Below, one piece after another: positions 19,569 to 27,901 of a stretch of 64,000 nucleotides of DNA. The stretch covers positions 58,711 to 122,710 of the forward strand of contig JAFUPC010000011.1 of the NCBI GenBank assembly GCA_017481495.1, in the 5' to 3' direction. Each line of letters starts with the position of its first letter. The first letter of the stretch is position 1. The stretch is from Clostridia bacterium (GTDB taxonomy: Bacteria; Bacillota; Clostridia; Oscillospirales; CAG-272). The notes beneath the pieces were generated by a model, which had not been told where the DNA came from, did no database searches, and was given only the letters and a program-made list of their open reading frames with translations. Position numbers and translations under genes: made by a program.

Positions 19569-19630
19569 AAACAAATTTTCTTTCTGATAATATTATACCA
19601 TATTTTTGCCGGAATTGCAAACAATTGTTT
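19569..19630 (-). promoter_or_regulatory. lexA promoter with candidate autoregulatory operators
   Basis: Minus strand TTGCAA (19615-19620), 17-nt spacer, TGG-TATAAT (19592-19600). GAAAATTTGTTT (19569-19580) lies just downstream of the -10. The perfect palindrome AAACAATTGTTT (19619-19630) overlaps the -35. Confidence 0.45.
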
Positions 19631-19861
19631 CTGAATTTCGTGAACACATTGTAAATTTTATATGAACAAAGGGTTTGACTGCATAAATGCAGAATGAATC
19701 CTCCCCGGTAGTTTTTTACGTTCAACCGAAGTGATAGGTGCCGCTTCCCACCCAGCCATTTCCGGGGCTGCATTTCTTTCGCGCTGTTAAGAAAGCAACA
19801 CCCCCCTTGCGGTCGCGGGAAGAAAAAAGGAGAGATGCTTGTATTGCATCCCCCCATTTGT

Positions 19862-20767
19862 TTACCCGGCAGAGGTGCCGTCGGTTGCATCGGTGCCGCT
19901 GTCACCGCCGAGGTCTCTCACAAGAACGCCGTCTTCAAAGTTGCCCTCGAAGGTACGGCCGGAGGCGAAGCGGTAGGTGCCGGTGCCGTTCATTTCGTTG
20001 TCTTCAAAATTGCCGATGTATTCGTCGCCGTTTGCCCAGGTGTAGGTACCCTGACCGGAGCGGGCGTCGGCAACGAAGGTGCCGGAATAGACGTCGCCGT
20101 TGGCGAAGCGGTAGGTGCCGGTGCCCTCTTTCAGCTCGTTGACGTATTCGCCGGAGTAGGAGCTGCCGTCGCTCCAAACGTACACGCCCCAGCCTTCTTT
20201 TTTGTCATCGACGAACGCGCCTGTGTAGGTGCTGCCATCAAACCAGGTATAGACCCCCTGGCCGTTCTTGGCACCGTTTAGGAACGCGCCCTCGTAGACG
20301 TCACCGTTGGCATATCGGAACGTGCCCTCGCCGGAAATGACGCCGTTTTCAAATTCGCCCTCGTAGACGTCGCCGGTGCTGTATTCCAGCGTGCCCTCGC
20401 CCTCCATGCGCAGGGAGTTGTTGAGGGTACCTGTATAGACGTCGCCGTTTGAGAACGTGACCTTGTGGTTGAGCATATCGACCTTTGCCGTGGTGCCGTC
20501 GGAGTAGTACAAGTCCCCCTTGTAGGGATTGCCCTCGCCGTCCACGGTGCCGAAGAATTTGACATAACCGCCGATCTCGGTCTGGAGCTTGATATAGCGC
20601 AGGCCGGAGGCGTAAATGGCGGCGAAGACCAGCACCACGCAGATCAGTGCCGCGATGAACGTGTAAAGGAGAATCTGCGCCGTGCTCAGGTGCTTTTTCG
20701 GCCGCTTGCGGCGGGGCGGTGCTGTTGCCACGCCGTCTTCCTGGATATCAACTTCATATGCGCCCAT
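19862..20767 (-). CDS. Membrane-anchored MORN-repeat protein
   Basis: Start MGAYEVDIQ at 20767. One TM helix (ILLYTFIAALICVVLVFAAIYA) followed by about 10 YxGxxxxGxxxGxG MORN-type repeats. The ORF-track N-terminus (to 20962) runs through a family-A repeat. Confidence 0.8.
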   Translation of the reverse strand: MGAYEVDIQEDGVATAPPRRKRPKKHLSTAQILLYTFIAALICVVLVFAAIYASGLRYIKLQTEIGGYVKFFGTVDGEGNPYKGDLYYSDGTTAKVDMLNHKVTFSNGDVYTGTLNNSLRMEGEGTLEYSTGDVYEGEFENGVISGEGTFRYANGDVYEGAFLNGAKNGQGVYTWFDGSTYTGAFVDDKKEGWGVYVWSDGSSYSGEYVNELKEGTGTYRFANGDVYSGTFVADARSGQGTYTWANGDEYIGNFEDNEMNGTGTYRFASGRTFEGNFEDGVLVRDLGGDSGTDATDGTSAG

Positions 20768-20824
20768 GTGTGACGTTACCGTCCTTTCAATTTTTTGTGG
20801 GTTTTGGGGGATGCTATGCGGGAT

Positions 20825-20938
20825 GTCTGTAGTACCGAGTTTCAGCGAAAACTTTACATTGGCAAGAACGCAGGCTGAAAGGTTCGCCCAAGGGGAAGGT
20901 TTTCTGTGCGAATCGTCCAGCCCGTATCCTTGCCAATG
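20825..20938. repeat. Family-A repeat, copy 4 (inverted dimer)
   Basis: GTCTGTAGTACCGAGTTTCAGCGAAAACTTTACATTGGCAAGAACGCAGGCTGAAAGGTTCGC-CCAAGGGGAAGGTTTTCT-GTGCGAATCGTCCAGCCCGTATCCTTGCCAATG. The two arms form an imperfect palindrome. Confidence 0.7.
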
Positions 20939-20964
20939 TCCCCACACCCTGTGGAAAACCATAT

Positions 20965-21465
20965 TTACCCGAACATCCCCTCAAACATCGTGATGAGCTT
21001 GGGGACAATGAACGTGGAGATGTACGCAACGACTGCGAACACGGCGATGCTGAGCAGCACCATCCACATATTGGCGTCCTCGGAGATCTTTGCCGAGTAC
21101 ATTTCCTCCGCGCGTTTCCGCTCGGCGGGATTGATGTACAGGGGGATGTCGGAAAGTGTTATCTTTTTGCCGTTTTCGTCCTTGTGCGGCGTATCGGTCA
21201 TAACGACGATGCGCTGGAACGCGACGTTGCGCGTGATGCTCATGCGGACGAAGACGTTCAGATCCTGCTCCGCATCGCGCAGGGTCTTTGCCGTTTCGGG
21301 AGAAAAGGCTTCTTCTGCAAGCAGATAGCGGACCAGCTCTCCGATGGTGCGGCGGTGATAGACTGTCGCCACGCCTGCCAGACAGGCGCCGATGAAGAAC
21401 GCAAAGATGATCAGATTCAGGGAGCCGAGCTCTGATGTCGTGAAAAGTTCTTTGATTCTGTCCAT
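20965..21465 (-). CDS. Hypothetical two-TM membrane protein
   Basis: 166-aa ORF with hydrophobic helices at both ends (LNLIIFAFFIGACLAGVATV; WMVLLSIAVFAVVAYISTFIV). No family recognised. Confidence 0.6.
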   Translation of the reverse strand: MDRIKELFTTSELGSLNLIIFAFFIGACLAGVATVYHRRTIGELVRYLLAEEAFSPETAKTLRDAEQDLNVFVRMSITRNVAFQRIVVMTDTPHKDENGKKITLSDIPLYINPAERKRAEEMYSAKISEDANMWMVLLSIAVFAVVAYISTFIVPKLITMFEGMFG

Positions 21466-21471
21466 AACCGT

Positions 21472-22761
21472 TTACTTCTTGGGGATCAGCACTTCCTTGC
21501 CGCCCATGTACGGACGCAGGGAAGCGGGGATGGTGACACTGCCGTCTGCCTGCAAGTGGTTTTCAAGGAATGCAATGAGCATTCTGGGCGGTGCGACAAC
21601 GGTGTTGTTGAGGGTATGCGGCAGATACATTTTGCCGTCGGCACCCTTGACACGCATTTTCAGACGTCTTGCCTGAGCATCACCCATGTTAGTGCAGGAG
21701 CAGACTTCAAAATATTTCTGCTGTCTGGGGCTCCACGCTTCGATGTCGCAGGACTTGACCTTCAGGTCTGCAAGGTCTCCCGAGCAGCATTCGAGCTGTC
21801 TTACGGGAATTTCCATCGAGCGGAACAGCTCAACGGAATATTTCCACATCTTTTCGTACCAGTCCATTGAATCCTGGGGGCGGCAGATGACGATCATCTC
21901 CTGCTTTTCAAACTGGTGGATGCGGTAAACGCCGCGTTCCTCGATGCCATGCGCGCCCTTTTCCTTGCGGAAGCAGGGGGAGTAGGAGGTCAGCGTGTGG
22001 GGCAGGGTGTCCTCGGGGATGATCTGGTCGATGTATTTGCCGATCATCGAATGCTCGGACGTGCCGATGAGGTAGAGGTCTTCGCCCTCGATCTTGTACA
22101 TCATCGCATCCATGTCGGTCTGGCTCATGACGCCCTCAACGACGTTGCCGTGAATCATGAACGGCGGGATGCAGAACGTAAAGCCCTTGTCGATCATGAA
22201 GTCTCTTGCATACGCGAGAACTGCTTCATGCAGACGTGCGATGTCGCCCATCAGATAGTAGAAGCCGTTGCCGGAGACCCGTCCTGCGGCGTCCATGTCG
22301 ATGCCGTTAAACTTCTCCATGATCTCGGTGTGGTAGGGAATTTCAAAGTCCGGGACAACCGGTTCGCCGAAGCGTTCCAGCTCCACGTTTGCGCTGTCGT
22401 CGGGGCCGATCGGGACACTGGGGTCGATGATGTTCGGGATGACCATCATGATCTGGCGGATACGCTCAGCAAGCTCCGCTTCTTTCTTTTCCAATTCTTC
22501 ACGGCGTGCATCCGCATCCGTGACCTTTTTCTTCATTTCCTCGGCTTCTTCCTTTTTGCCCTGGCGCATCAGATTGCCGATCTCTTTCGAGTAACGGTTT
22601 CTGTCCGCGCGCAGGTCGTTCGCCTCCTGAATGGCGGCACGGTTCTCCGCATCCAGCGCGATGACCTCGTCCACCAGAGGGAGCTTCTGATCCTGGAATT
22701 TGTTGCGGATGTTCTGCTTTACAATTTCGGGGTTTTCTCTTAAAAATCGAATGTCAATCAT
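21472..22761 (-). CDS. serS: Seryl-tRNA synthetase
   Basis: Start MIDIRFLRENPEIVKQNI at 22761. N-terminal coiled-coil arm and class II motifs (FRKEKGAHG.., TLNNTVVAPPR). Confidence 0.95.
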   Translation of the reverse strand: MIDIRFLRENPEIVKQNIRNKFQDQKLPLVDEVIALDAENRAAIQEANDLRADRNRYSKEIGNLMRQGKKEEAEEMKKKVTDADARREELEKKEAELAERIRQIMMVIPNIIDPSVPIGPDDSANVELERFGEPVVPDFEIPYHTEIMEKFNGIDMDAAGRVSGNGFYYLMGDIARLHEAVLAYARDFMIDKGFTFCIPPFMIHGNVVEGVMSQTDMDAMMYKIEGEDLYLIGTSEHSMIGKYIDQIIPEDTLPHTLTSYSPCFRKEKGAHGIEERGVYRIHQFEKQEMIVICRPQDSMDWYEKMWKYSVELFRSMEIPVRQLECCSGDLADLKVKSCDIEAWSPRQQKYFEVCSCTNMGDAQARRLKMRVKGADGKMYLPHTLNNTVVAPPRMLIAFLENHLQADGSVTIPASLRPYMGGKEVLIPKK

Positions 22762-22894
22762 GGTTTTTGTCCTTTCGGGGTGTGGGTATATGAAATGTTT
22801 CTGTGTAGATTGCGGTGAATCATGTGGGGGTAATTTCAGAAAAACGGTGCCCCTACAGAGATGTCGAATTGCATTGCGCACAACATCAATCTCT

Positions 22895-23797
22895 TCAATC
22901 CCCCTCAAAGAAATCCTCCCCGCACAGTCTGCGGAGCAGGTCTTCGAGGTCTTCGCTGTCGTCGCAGGTGATCTCGATCTTTTTCGGCTTTCCGTCGCCG
23001 GCATCGAGAATGCGGAATTTCCGTCCGAGGCTGTCGGAGACCCGTTTTTCAAGGGAGCGGAGATAGCTCATTGCCATCTTTGTGTCGTGGTCGGGTTCGG
23101 TGTCTTCTGCGGGCTTGTCGCTTTGTGCGGCGAGGGCGTTGAGGGCTTTGGCGGCGGCTTCCGTTTCGCGCACGGACAGCGTTTTTTCAACGATGCGCTG
23201 GGCGAGGGGAAGCATATCTTCTTCTCTGTCGAGGGAGAGGATGGCGCGCGCGTGACCGGCGGAGATGCTTCCGTCGGCGACCATTGCGACCACGTCGTCG
23301 GGCAGGTCAAGCAGGCGCAGGGAGTTTGCGACCGCGGAACGGCTTTTGCCGATCTGGTTTGCTGTGTCCTCCTGGGTCATGCCGAACTCTTTTATTAAGG
23401 TGCGGAACGCAAGCGCTTCTTCGATGGGGTTTAAGTCTTCTCTCTGGAGGTTTTCAATGAGCGCAAGCTCGGCGGCTTTCTTGTCATCCATGTCATAGAT
23501 GATCGCCGGCAGCTCGATGAGACCCGCCATTTTCGCCGCGCGCCAGCGGCGTTCACCTGCGATGATGCGGTAGAAACCACTTTCGTGCTCGCGTACCGCG
23601 ATCGGCTGCAAGAGTCCGTGCCGCGCAATGGAGTCCGCAAGCTGTGCCAACGCTTCGTTATCGAAATTCTTTCGCGGCTGCGCGGGGTTCGGTTCGATCT
23701 CTGAAACGCGCAGCATGGAGATGGAACTCTTGTCCGTCTCGTCGTTCTCAAGGAACAGGGAATCCAGTCCCCGTCCGAGGGAATTCTTTTTTGGCAT
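22895..23797 (-). CDS. parB: Chromosome partitioning protein ParB/Spo0J
   Basis: 300 aa. N-terminal GRGLDSLF box, ParB box IAVRE..YRIIAGERRWRAA, HTH region. Confidence 0.93.
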   Translation of the reverse strand: MPKKNSLGRGLDSLFLENDETDKSSISMLRVSEIEPNPAQPRKNFDNEALAQLADSIARHGLLQPIAVREHESGFYRIIAGERRWRAAKMAGLIELPAIIYDMDDKKAAELALIENLQREDLNPIEEALAFRTLIKEFGMTQEDTANQIGKSRSAVANSLRLLDLPDDVVAMVADGSISAGHARAILSLDREEDMLPLAQRIVEKTLSVRETEAAAKALNALAAQSDKPAEDTEPDHDTKMAMSYLRSLEKRVSDSLGRKFRILDAGDGKPKKIEITCDDSEDLEDLLRRLCGEDFFEGD

Positions 23798-23834
23798 TTA
23801 TATGGTGTCCTTTCTTTGCCATAATTACTTATAA

Positions 23835-24085
23835 CTTCGCCGCAGGCGAAATCTTCACCCGTGAAACTTCGTTTCACTGCCTATAAGGCAACTTCACTTC
23901 CTTTGCCGCTCCGCGGCGACATATCTCATCCACTTCGCGTGTCCATCAAGGGGGAGGTATATTGTGCAAACCTGATACATACAGCGGGAGTGCCGACAGC
24001 AGTGCGAACGATTTATTGATTTCGGTCGGCATAAGGGTTTCGTTCCGCGAAACCGGGATGCCCCTACACGACACGGGTTTTTCCC
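23835..24085. repeat. Mosaic repeat (family C/D), long copy filling the parA-parB spacer
   Basis: Shares three modules with 18729-18895. An inserted module CATCCACTTCGCGTGTCCATCAAGGGGGAGGTATATTGTGCAAAC is also present at 16808-16860. Contains the hairpins GTGAAAC-ttc-GTTTCAC and GGTTTCGttccGCGAAACC. Confidence 0.6.
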
Positions 24086-24137
24086 GCCTGTATGTTGGGG
24101 TCATATTTCTCAAAAAATATAATCAAAACCCCAAAAA

Positions 24138-24923
24138 TCAGATCCGCTCCATCAATTCCTTTGCAACCTCCGCGTAAAGCGCGGCGCCCTTGGAATACTT
24201 GTCGTAATAGCACACCGGCATCCCGAAGCTGGGTGCTTCGGAGAGCTTAACATTCCTTGCGATGGCGGTGGAAAAAATCTTTCCGGCATAATACTTTTTC
24301 AGTTCTTCCATGACCTGGGAAGAGAGGTTCAGGCGACCGTTGTACATCGTGATGAGGATGCCGGTCAGGGAGAGCTTCGGATTGAAGCGCTTTTTGATCT
24401 GCTTGACACTCATCATCAGCTGGGACAGACCCTCAAGCGAATAGTATTCGCACTGCATCGGGATGACAAGACCGTCTGCCGCGACGAGCGCGTTGATGGT
24501 CAGAATCCCCAGCGACGGCGGACAGTCGATCAGGATGTAATCGTAATCCCCCGCGATGGGGGAAAGTGCCTGTTTTAAGCGGGACTCGCGGTTGTCAGCC
24601 ATGACGAGTTCAAATTCCGCGCCGGCAAGGGAAATGTTTGCCGGGATGACGGAAATGTTCTGAAACTGCGTTCTGACAACGGCGTTTTCCGCATTTGCGC
24701 GGCCGATTAAGACATCATAGATGGTGTTCTGTGCGGATTTCTTGTTGATGCCGAAGCCGGAGGTCGTATTGCCCTGCGGGTCAACGTCGATGACGAGAAC
24801 ACGTTTGTCGAGCTGCCCAAGGGATGCGGCAATATTCACCACAGATGTAGATTTTCCGACGCCGCCTTTCTGATTGGCAAAAGTTACAATGCGTGCATCG
24901 GTTTTTGCACCGTTTGTTTCCAT
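24138..24923 (-). CDS. parA: Chromosome partitioning ATPase ParA/Soj
   Basis: 261 aa. Deviant Walker A NQKGGVGKST. Confidence 0.95.
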   Translation of the reverse strand: METNGAKTDARIVTFANQKGGVGKSTSVVNIAASLGQLDKRVLVIDVDPQGNTTSGFGINKKSAQNTIYDVLIGRANAENAVVRTQFQNISVIPANISLAGAEFELVMADNRESRLKQALSPIAGDYDYILIDCPPSLGILTINALVAADGLVIPMQCEYYSLEGLSQLMMSVKQIKKRFNPKLSLTGILITMYNGRLNLSSQVMEELKKYYAGKIFSTAIARNVKLSEAPSFGMPVCYYDKYSKGAALYAEVAKELMERI

Positions 24924-24963
24924 CCGTTTCGCCTTCCTCCTGTTTTAAAATGATATATATTAT

Positions 24964-24992
24964 ATTATACCACGTTTTTGCACGGAGGTCAA
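24964..24992 (-). promoter_or_regulatory. parA promoter (extended -10)
   Basis: Minus strand TTGACC (24987-24992), 17-nt spacer, TGG-TATAAT (24964-24972). Confidence 0.5.
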
Positions 24993-25057
24993 GGATTGCG
25001 GGAAGAATATTTTTGTATAAGCGGTAAATTTTTTGGTGGGGGGAGGAGAATATGTTG

Positions 25058-25150
25058 CTTTGGCAAGGATGCGGGGGGAACGGTTCGCACGATAAACCTT
25101 CCCCCGCATTCTCGCAAAAGTAAAGTTATCGGTGAAACATCGTACAACAG
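25058..25150. repeat. Family-A repeat, copy 5
   Basis: CTTTGGCAAGG-ATGCGGGGGGAA-CGGTTCGCACGATAAAC-CTTCCCCCGCAT-TCTCGCAAAAGTAAAGTTATCGGTGAAACATCGTACAACAG. The 25069-25080 arm is complementary to 25099-25109. Confidence 0.7.
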
Positions 25151-25177
25151 GACACCGGGTAAATCACCATCCCCCTC

Positions 25178-25197
25178 AATGTTTCACATGAAACATT
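25178..25197. repeat. 20-bp inverted repeat AATGTTTCA-CA-TGAAACATT (copy 1 of 3)
   Basis: The identical 20-mer recurs at 31991-32010. The variant TGTTTCA-CG-TGAAACA is at 31740-31755. Confidence 0.6.
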
Positions 25198-25221
25198 CCC
25201 CCACCCTTGCCCGCGCTTCGC

Positions 25222-26301
25222 TCAGACCGGCATTCTCGGCACGATAATGGTAAGTCTGATCTCACTTTCCGTCTCCGTGCGGTCTTCGGTTGCGGGGATG
25301 CCGGCTTCTCTGACGGCGGAGAGGGCGCGGTCGACGGTGTTGAAGAACAGACCGACGTCTTTGAGTACCAGCTTGCGCTTCGGGGACTGCGGTTGGACGG
25401 CAGTAGTGGATGCGGCAGGGGAAGAGGTTTCCGCGGAGACACCGAAAGTCTGCTCCGTCTCCGAAAGAATGCGGTCGATGTACTGCTCCGTTCTTGCGAC
25501 ATTCAGGTGATGCTCGGCGGTATAGCGGACGACGTTTTTTCGGTTGGCAAGGTCGCGGATGCGCAGGAAGGCTCTTGCGTGGCGTTCGGTTAAGTGGTGG
25601 GAGAGAATAATGTCCCGCTCTTCCTCCGTCAGGCGCAGAATGCGCAGTTTGTTCGCAATGGCGGATTGGGAGCAGGAGAGACTTTTTGCGATCTGTTCCT
25701 GGGTCATCGCGTGGATGTCGATGAGCGCGGCAACGGCTCCCGCCGCCTCGAACATATTGAGACTTTCCCTCTGTAAATTTTCGATGAGTGCCAGCTCTGC
25801 CGCCCGACGGTTGTCCGCATCAAGGACGATGCATGGCACGCACTCCATATGTACTGCGCACGCCGCGCGCAGACGGCGTTCTCCCGCGATGAGCTCGTAC
25901 TGCTCATGGTCGGACAGTTCTTCTGTGACGGTACGTTTCAGACTGCGTACCGTCAGCGGCTGGAGAATGCCGTGCTCCCGGATGCTCTCGGCAAGGGAAA
26001 AAAGTGCTAAGTCCTCAAAGGTTCTCCGGGGCTGATTCGGGTTTGTAAGGATGCTCCCGACCGGAATCAGGCGGATCCTCCCGGTATCGCGGCGCATGGC
26101 AAGCGACTGCTCTGCTTCGCTTAACCGCTCTGTGCGTGCGGCAAGCGACTTTTCCAGTGTTTTCAATTCTTCTTCTTTTTCGGTCAGGAGAAGCATCTGC
26201 TCGGATCTGCGGCTGATGCCCCTGTATTTTTTCGGTAAGGAAATGAGATTTTCGATGACCTCCTGCATTGGTTCAAAGAGTCCGGGGTAAATGTGATCCA
26301 T
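25222..26301 (-). CDS. ParB-family paralog (Noc-like) with N-terminal coiled-coil extension
   Basis: 359 aa. ParB N-terminal domain motifs NPNQPRRTFED, GILQPLTVR, YELIAGERRLRAA, plus an HTH. Position between rsmG and parA matches noc. Confidence 0.8.
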   Translation of the reverse strand: MDHIYPGLFEPMQEVIENLISLPKKYRGISRRSEQMLLLTEKEEELKTLEKSLAARTERLSEAEQSLAMRRDTGRIRLIPVGSILTNPNQPRRTFEDLALFSLAESIREHGILQPLTVRSLKRTVTEELSDHEQYELIAGERRLRAACAVHMECVPCIVLDADNRRAAELALIENLQRESLNMFEAAGAVAALIDIHAMTQEQIAKSLSCSQSAIANKLRILRLTEEERDIILSHHLTERHARAFLRIRDLANRKNVVRYTAEHHLNVARTEQYIDRILSETEQTFGVSAETSSPAASTTAVQPQSPKRKLVLKDVGLFFNTVDRALSAVREAGIPATEDRTETESEIRLTIIVPRMPV

Positions 26302-26510
26302 GTGTGGTTTCGTCCTTTCGGTGGTGGTTTGTTTTGGGCTTCTGTGCGCGCCCCATCATGATTTTCATATAAAGGATACCACATCTCCCCCGAAAAGAAG
26401 CGCGGAATGTGGATGCGAAAAATGATTTTCCCACCCGATAAATCCGCGCCGTTTCCCGTGAAACGGGAAATTCCGCTCGGGAAAACTGCACCGCACAAAT
26501 GAAAACAACG

Positions 26511-26550
26511 AAAAAAAGCGGACTGCCGCGGGATGGTGGGCGGCAGTCCG
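26511..26550 (-). terminator. Rho-independent terminator of rsmG
   Basis: 11-bp stem CGGACTGCCGC (26519-26529) / GCGGCAGTCCG (26540-26550). On the minus strand it is followed by U7 (the A-run at 26511-26517). Confidence 0.7.
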
Positions 26551-26566
26551 AGGGGATTTTGCTGTT

Positions 26567-27352
26567 TTACAGCGGTTTCTTTGCGATCTGCGCATTTGCG
26601 CGCGGATACTGTTTCGGTGTGGATGTTTCCTTTTTCACGGAAATCAGACAGCGGCGCATCGCGTCTTCGTCGGCATCCGCACAAAAAGGGTCGCAGAGGA
26701 CGATCTCCCGCACGGAAACCGTTTTCCCGCCGAGGACGGAAATGGCGTGTTTTGCTTCGTCGTGTTCTGCGGCACCGCCTCTGCCTTTCATGGCAAGAAA
26801 CGTTCCGCCGGGCTTTGTGAGCGGCAGACACCACTCGCATAGGACGTTCATTCTTGCCACAGCACGCGCCGTGACGAAATCAAAGTTTTCGCGGAAAAGA
26901 TCGTTTTTGCCAAGCTCCTCCGCGCGTGCGGCTTTCGTTGTCAGATTGGAAAGTCCGAGCAGTACGGCGGTATTGCGGACATAATCGAGCTTCTTCTGCG
27001 TGGAGTCGACCGCGGTGATGCGCACATCCCGCCGCAGAATCGCAATCGGCAGGGAAGGGAATCCGCCGCCGCATCCGACGTCGCACAGGTGCGCATTCTG
27101 GGGTATCATCGGCGCGATCATCGCGCAGTCCGCGTAGTGCTTTATGAGAATGCCCGGGATGTCCGTGATGGCGGTGATGTTCATATGCGCATTTGTGCGC
27201 AGCATCTCCTCCGTCAGACGGTAAAAAGCGCGGGAAATGTCCTCTGTGCAATACGCGGATAGAGTGTTGTCCGGGTCGTTTGCAAGGAGGGCTTTTGTGA
27301 ACAGGGTGTGGAATTCTTCGTATGCGGGGAGGGTGATGGGATTGTCGTTCAT
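26567..27352 (-). CDS. rsmG: 16S rRNA (guanine527-N7)-methyltransferase
   Basis: 261 aa. SAM-binding DVGCGGGFPSLPIAI and RAVA motif. Conserved neighbourhood with noc/parAB. Confidence 0.92.
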   Translation of the reverse strand: MNDNPITLPAYEEFHTLFTKALLANDPDNTLSAYCTEDISRAFYRLTEEMLRTNAHMNITAITDIPGILIKHYADCAMIAPMIPQNAHLCDVGCGGGFPSLPIAILRRDVRITAVDSTQKKLDYVRNTAVLLGLSNLTTKAARAEELGKNDLFRENFDFVTARAVARMNVLCEWCLPLTKPGGTFLAMKGRGGAAEHDEAKHAISVLGGKTVSVREIVLCDPFCADADEDAMRRCLISVKKETSTPKQYPRANAQIAKKPL

Positions 27353-27424
27353 GTTGGGTCTCCGGGGAAAGATTTTGTTTTTTTATAAAGAGAGAAAGTG
27401 ATCGGAACTGGGGCTTTCCGTTTC

Positions 27425-27886
27425 TCACACCACAAACAACGGCAGCACAAACAAAGACAGCATATCCACCGCGACAACGAGCAGAACCGGCACCATCACG
27501 ACCATGATCTTCCTTGCAAATTCCTTGCGCGTGCGGTCTTCCTCGATATACTGCGTTTTGCGTTCTTCCGTCCAGTCGTCGGGAAGTGCTTCCCGTGGAA
27601 CAACGTCCCGCGAAAATCCGCGGTTGACAAAGAAGAACACAAGGAACAAGACCGCCGCGGCGGTATAGAGAACGGGGGATGCCCAGTAGACACGGTTTTG
27701 CAAAAGCAGGTAATACGCGATGCACAGCACAGCGAAAATGGCAAGCATTTCACCCGCCAGCCGCCAGTTGAACTGTTTCAGCGCGCCTTTGACCTCTGCT
27801 TTGGCGGCGTTGTATTCTTCCGGTGTGGCGGCGGAATAGCGTTTTTTCTTTTTTGGTTTCTTTTTGGACACGGTAAAATACCTCAA
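27425..27886 (-). CDS. Hypothetical membrane protein (Lys-rich N-terminus, 3 TM)
   Basis: 153-aa ORF starting at a TTG; a GTG five codons later (27871) with a GAGG SD is an alternative start. Hydrophobic segments present. No family recognised. Confidence 0.55.
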   Translation of the reverse strand: MRYFTVSKKKPKKKKRYSAATPEEYNAAKAEVKGALKQFNWRLAGEMLAIFAVLCIAYYLLLQNRVYWASPVLYTAAAVLFLVFFFVNRGFSRDVVPREALPDDWTEERKTQYIEEDRTRKEFARKIMVVMVPVLLVVAVDMLSLFVLPLFVV

Positions 27887-27901
27887 CCCTTGAATTTCGG
27901 T

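Noticed and set aside
20768-20962. Upstream in-frame extensions of many ORF-track entries: the MORN protein, dnaA, recA, gyrB, lexA, serS, the rlmI-like gene, DUF2812, spoVG, the MBL hydrolase at 58265, the lipoprotein at 57475 and the transglutaminase.
   Set aside because: In each case a conserved N-terminus with a proper SD starts at an internal ATG. The extension runs through intergenic repeats, giving recurring pseudo-peptides such as ..LANVKF.. and ..LCSCQCKNFAETTYYRH..
22762-22894. Possible T-box leader upstream of serS.
   Set aside because: Only about 133 nt separate serS from the parB stop. I found no T-box sequence (AAUUAGGGUGGUACCGCG-like), specifier-loop or terminator/antiterminator arrangement.
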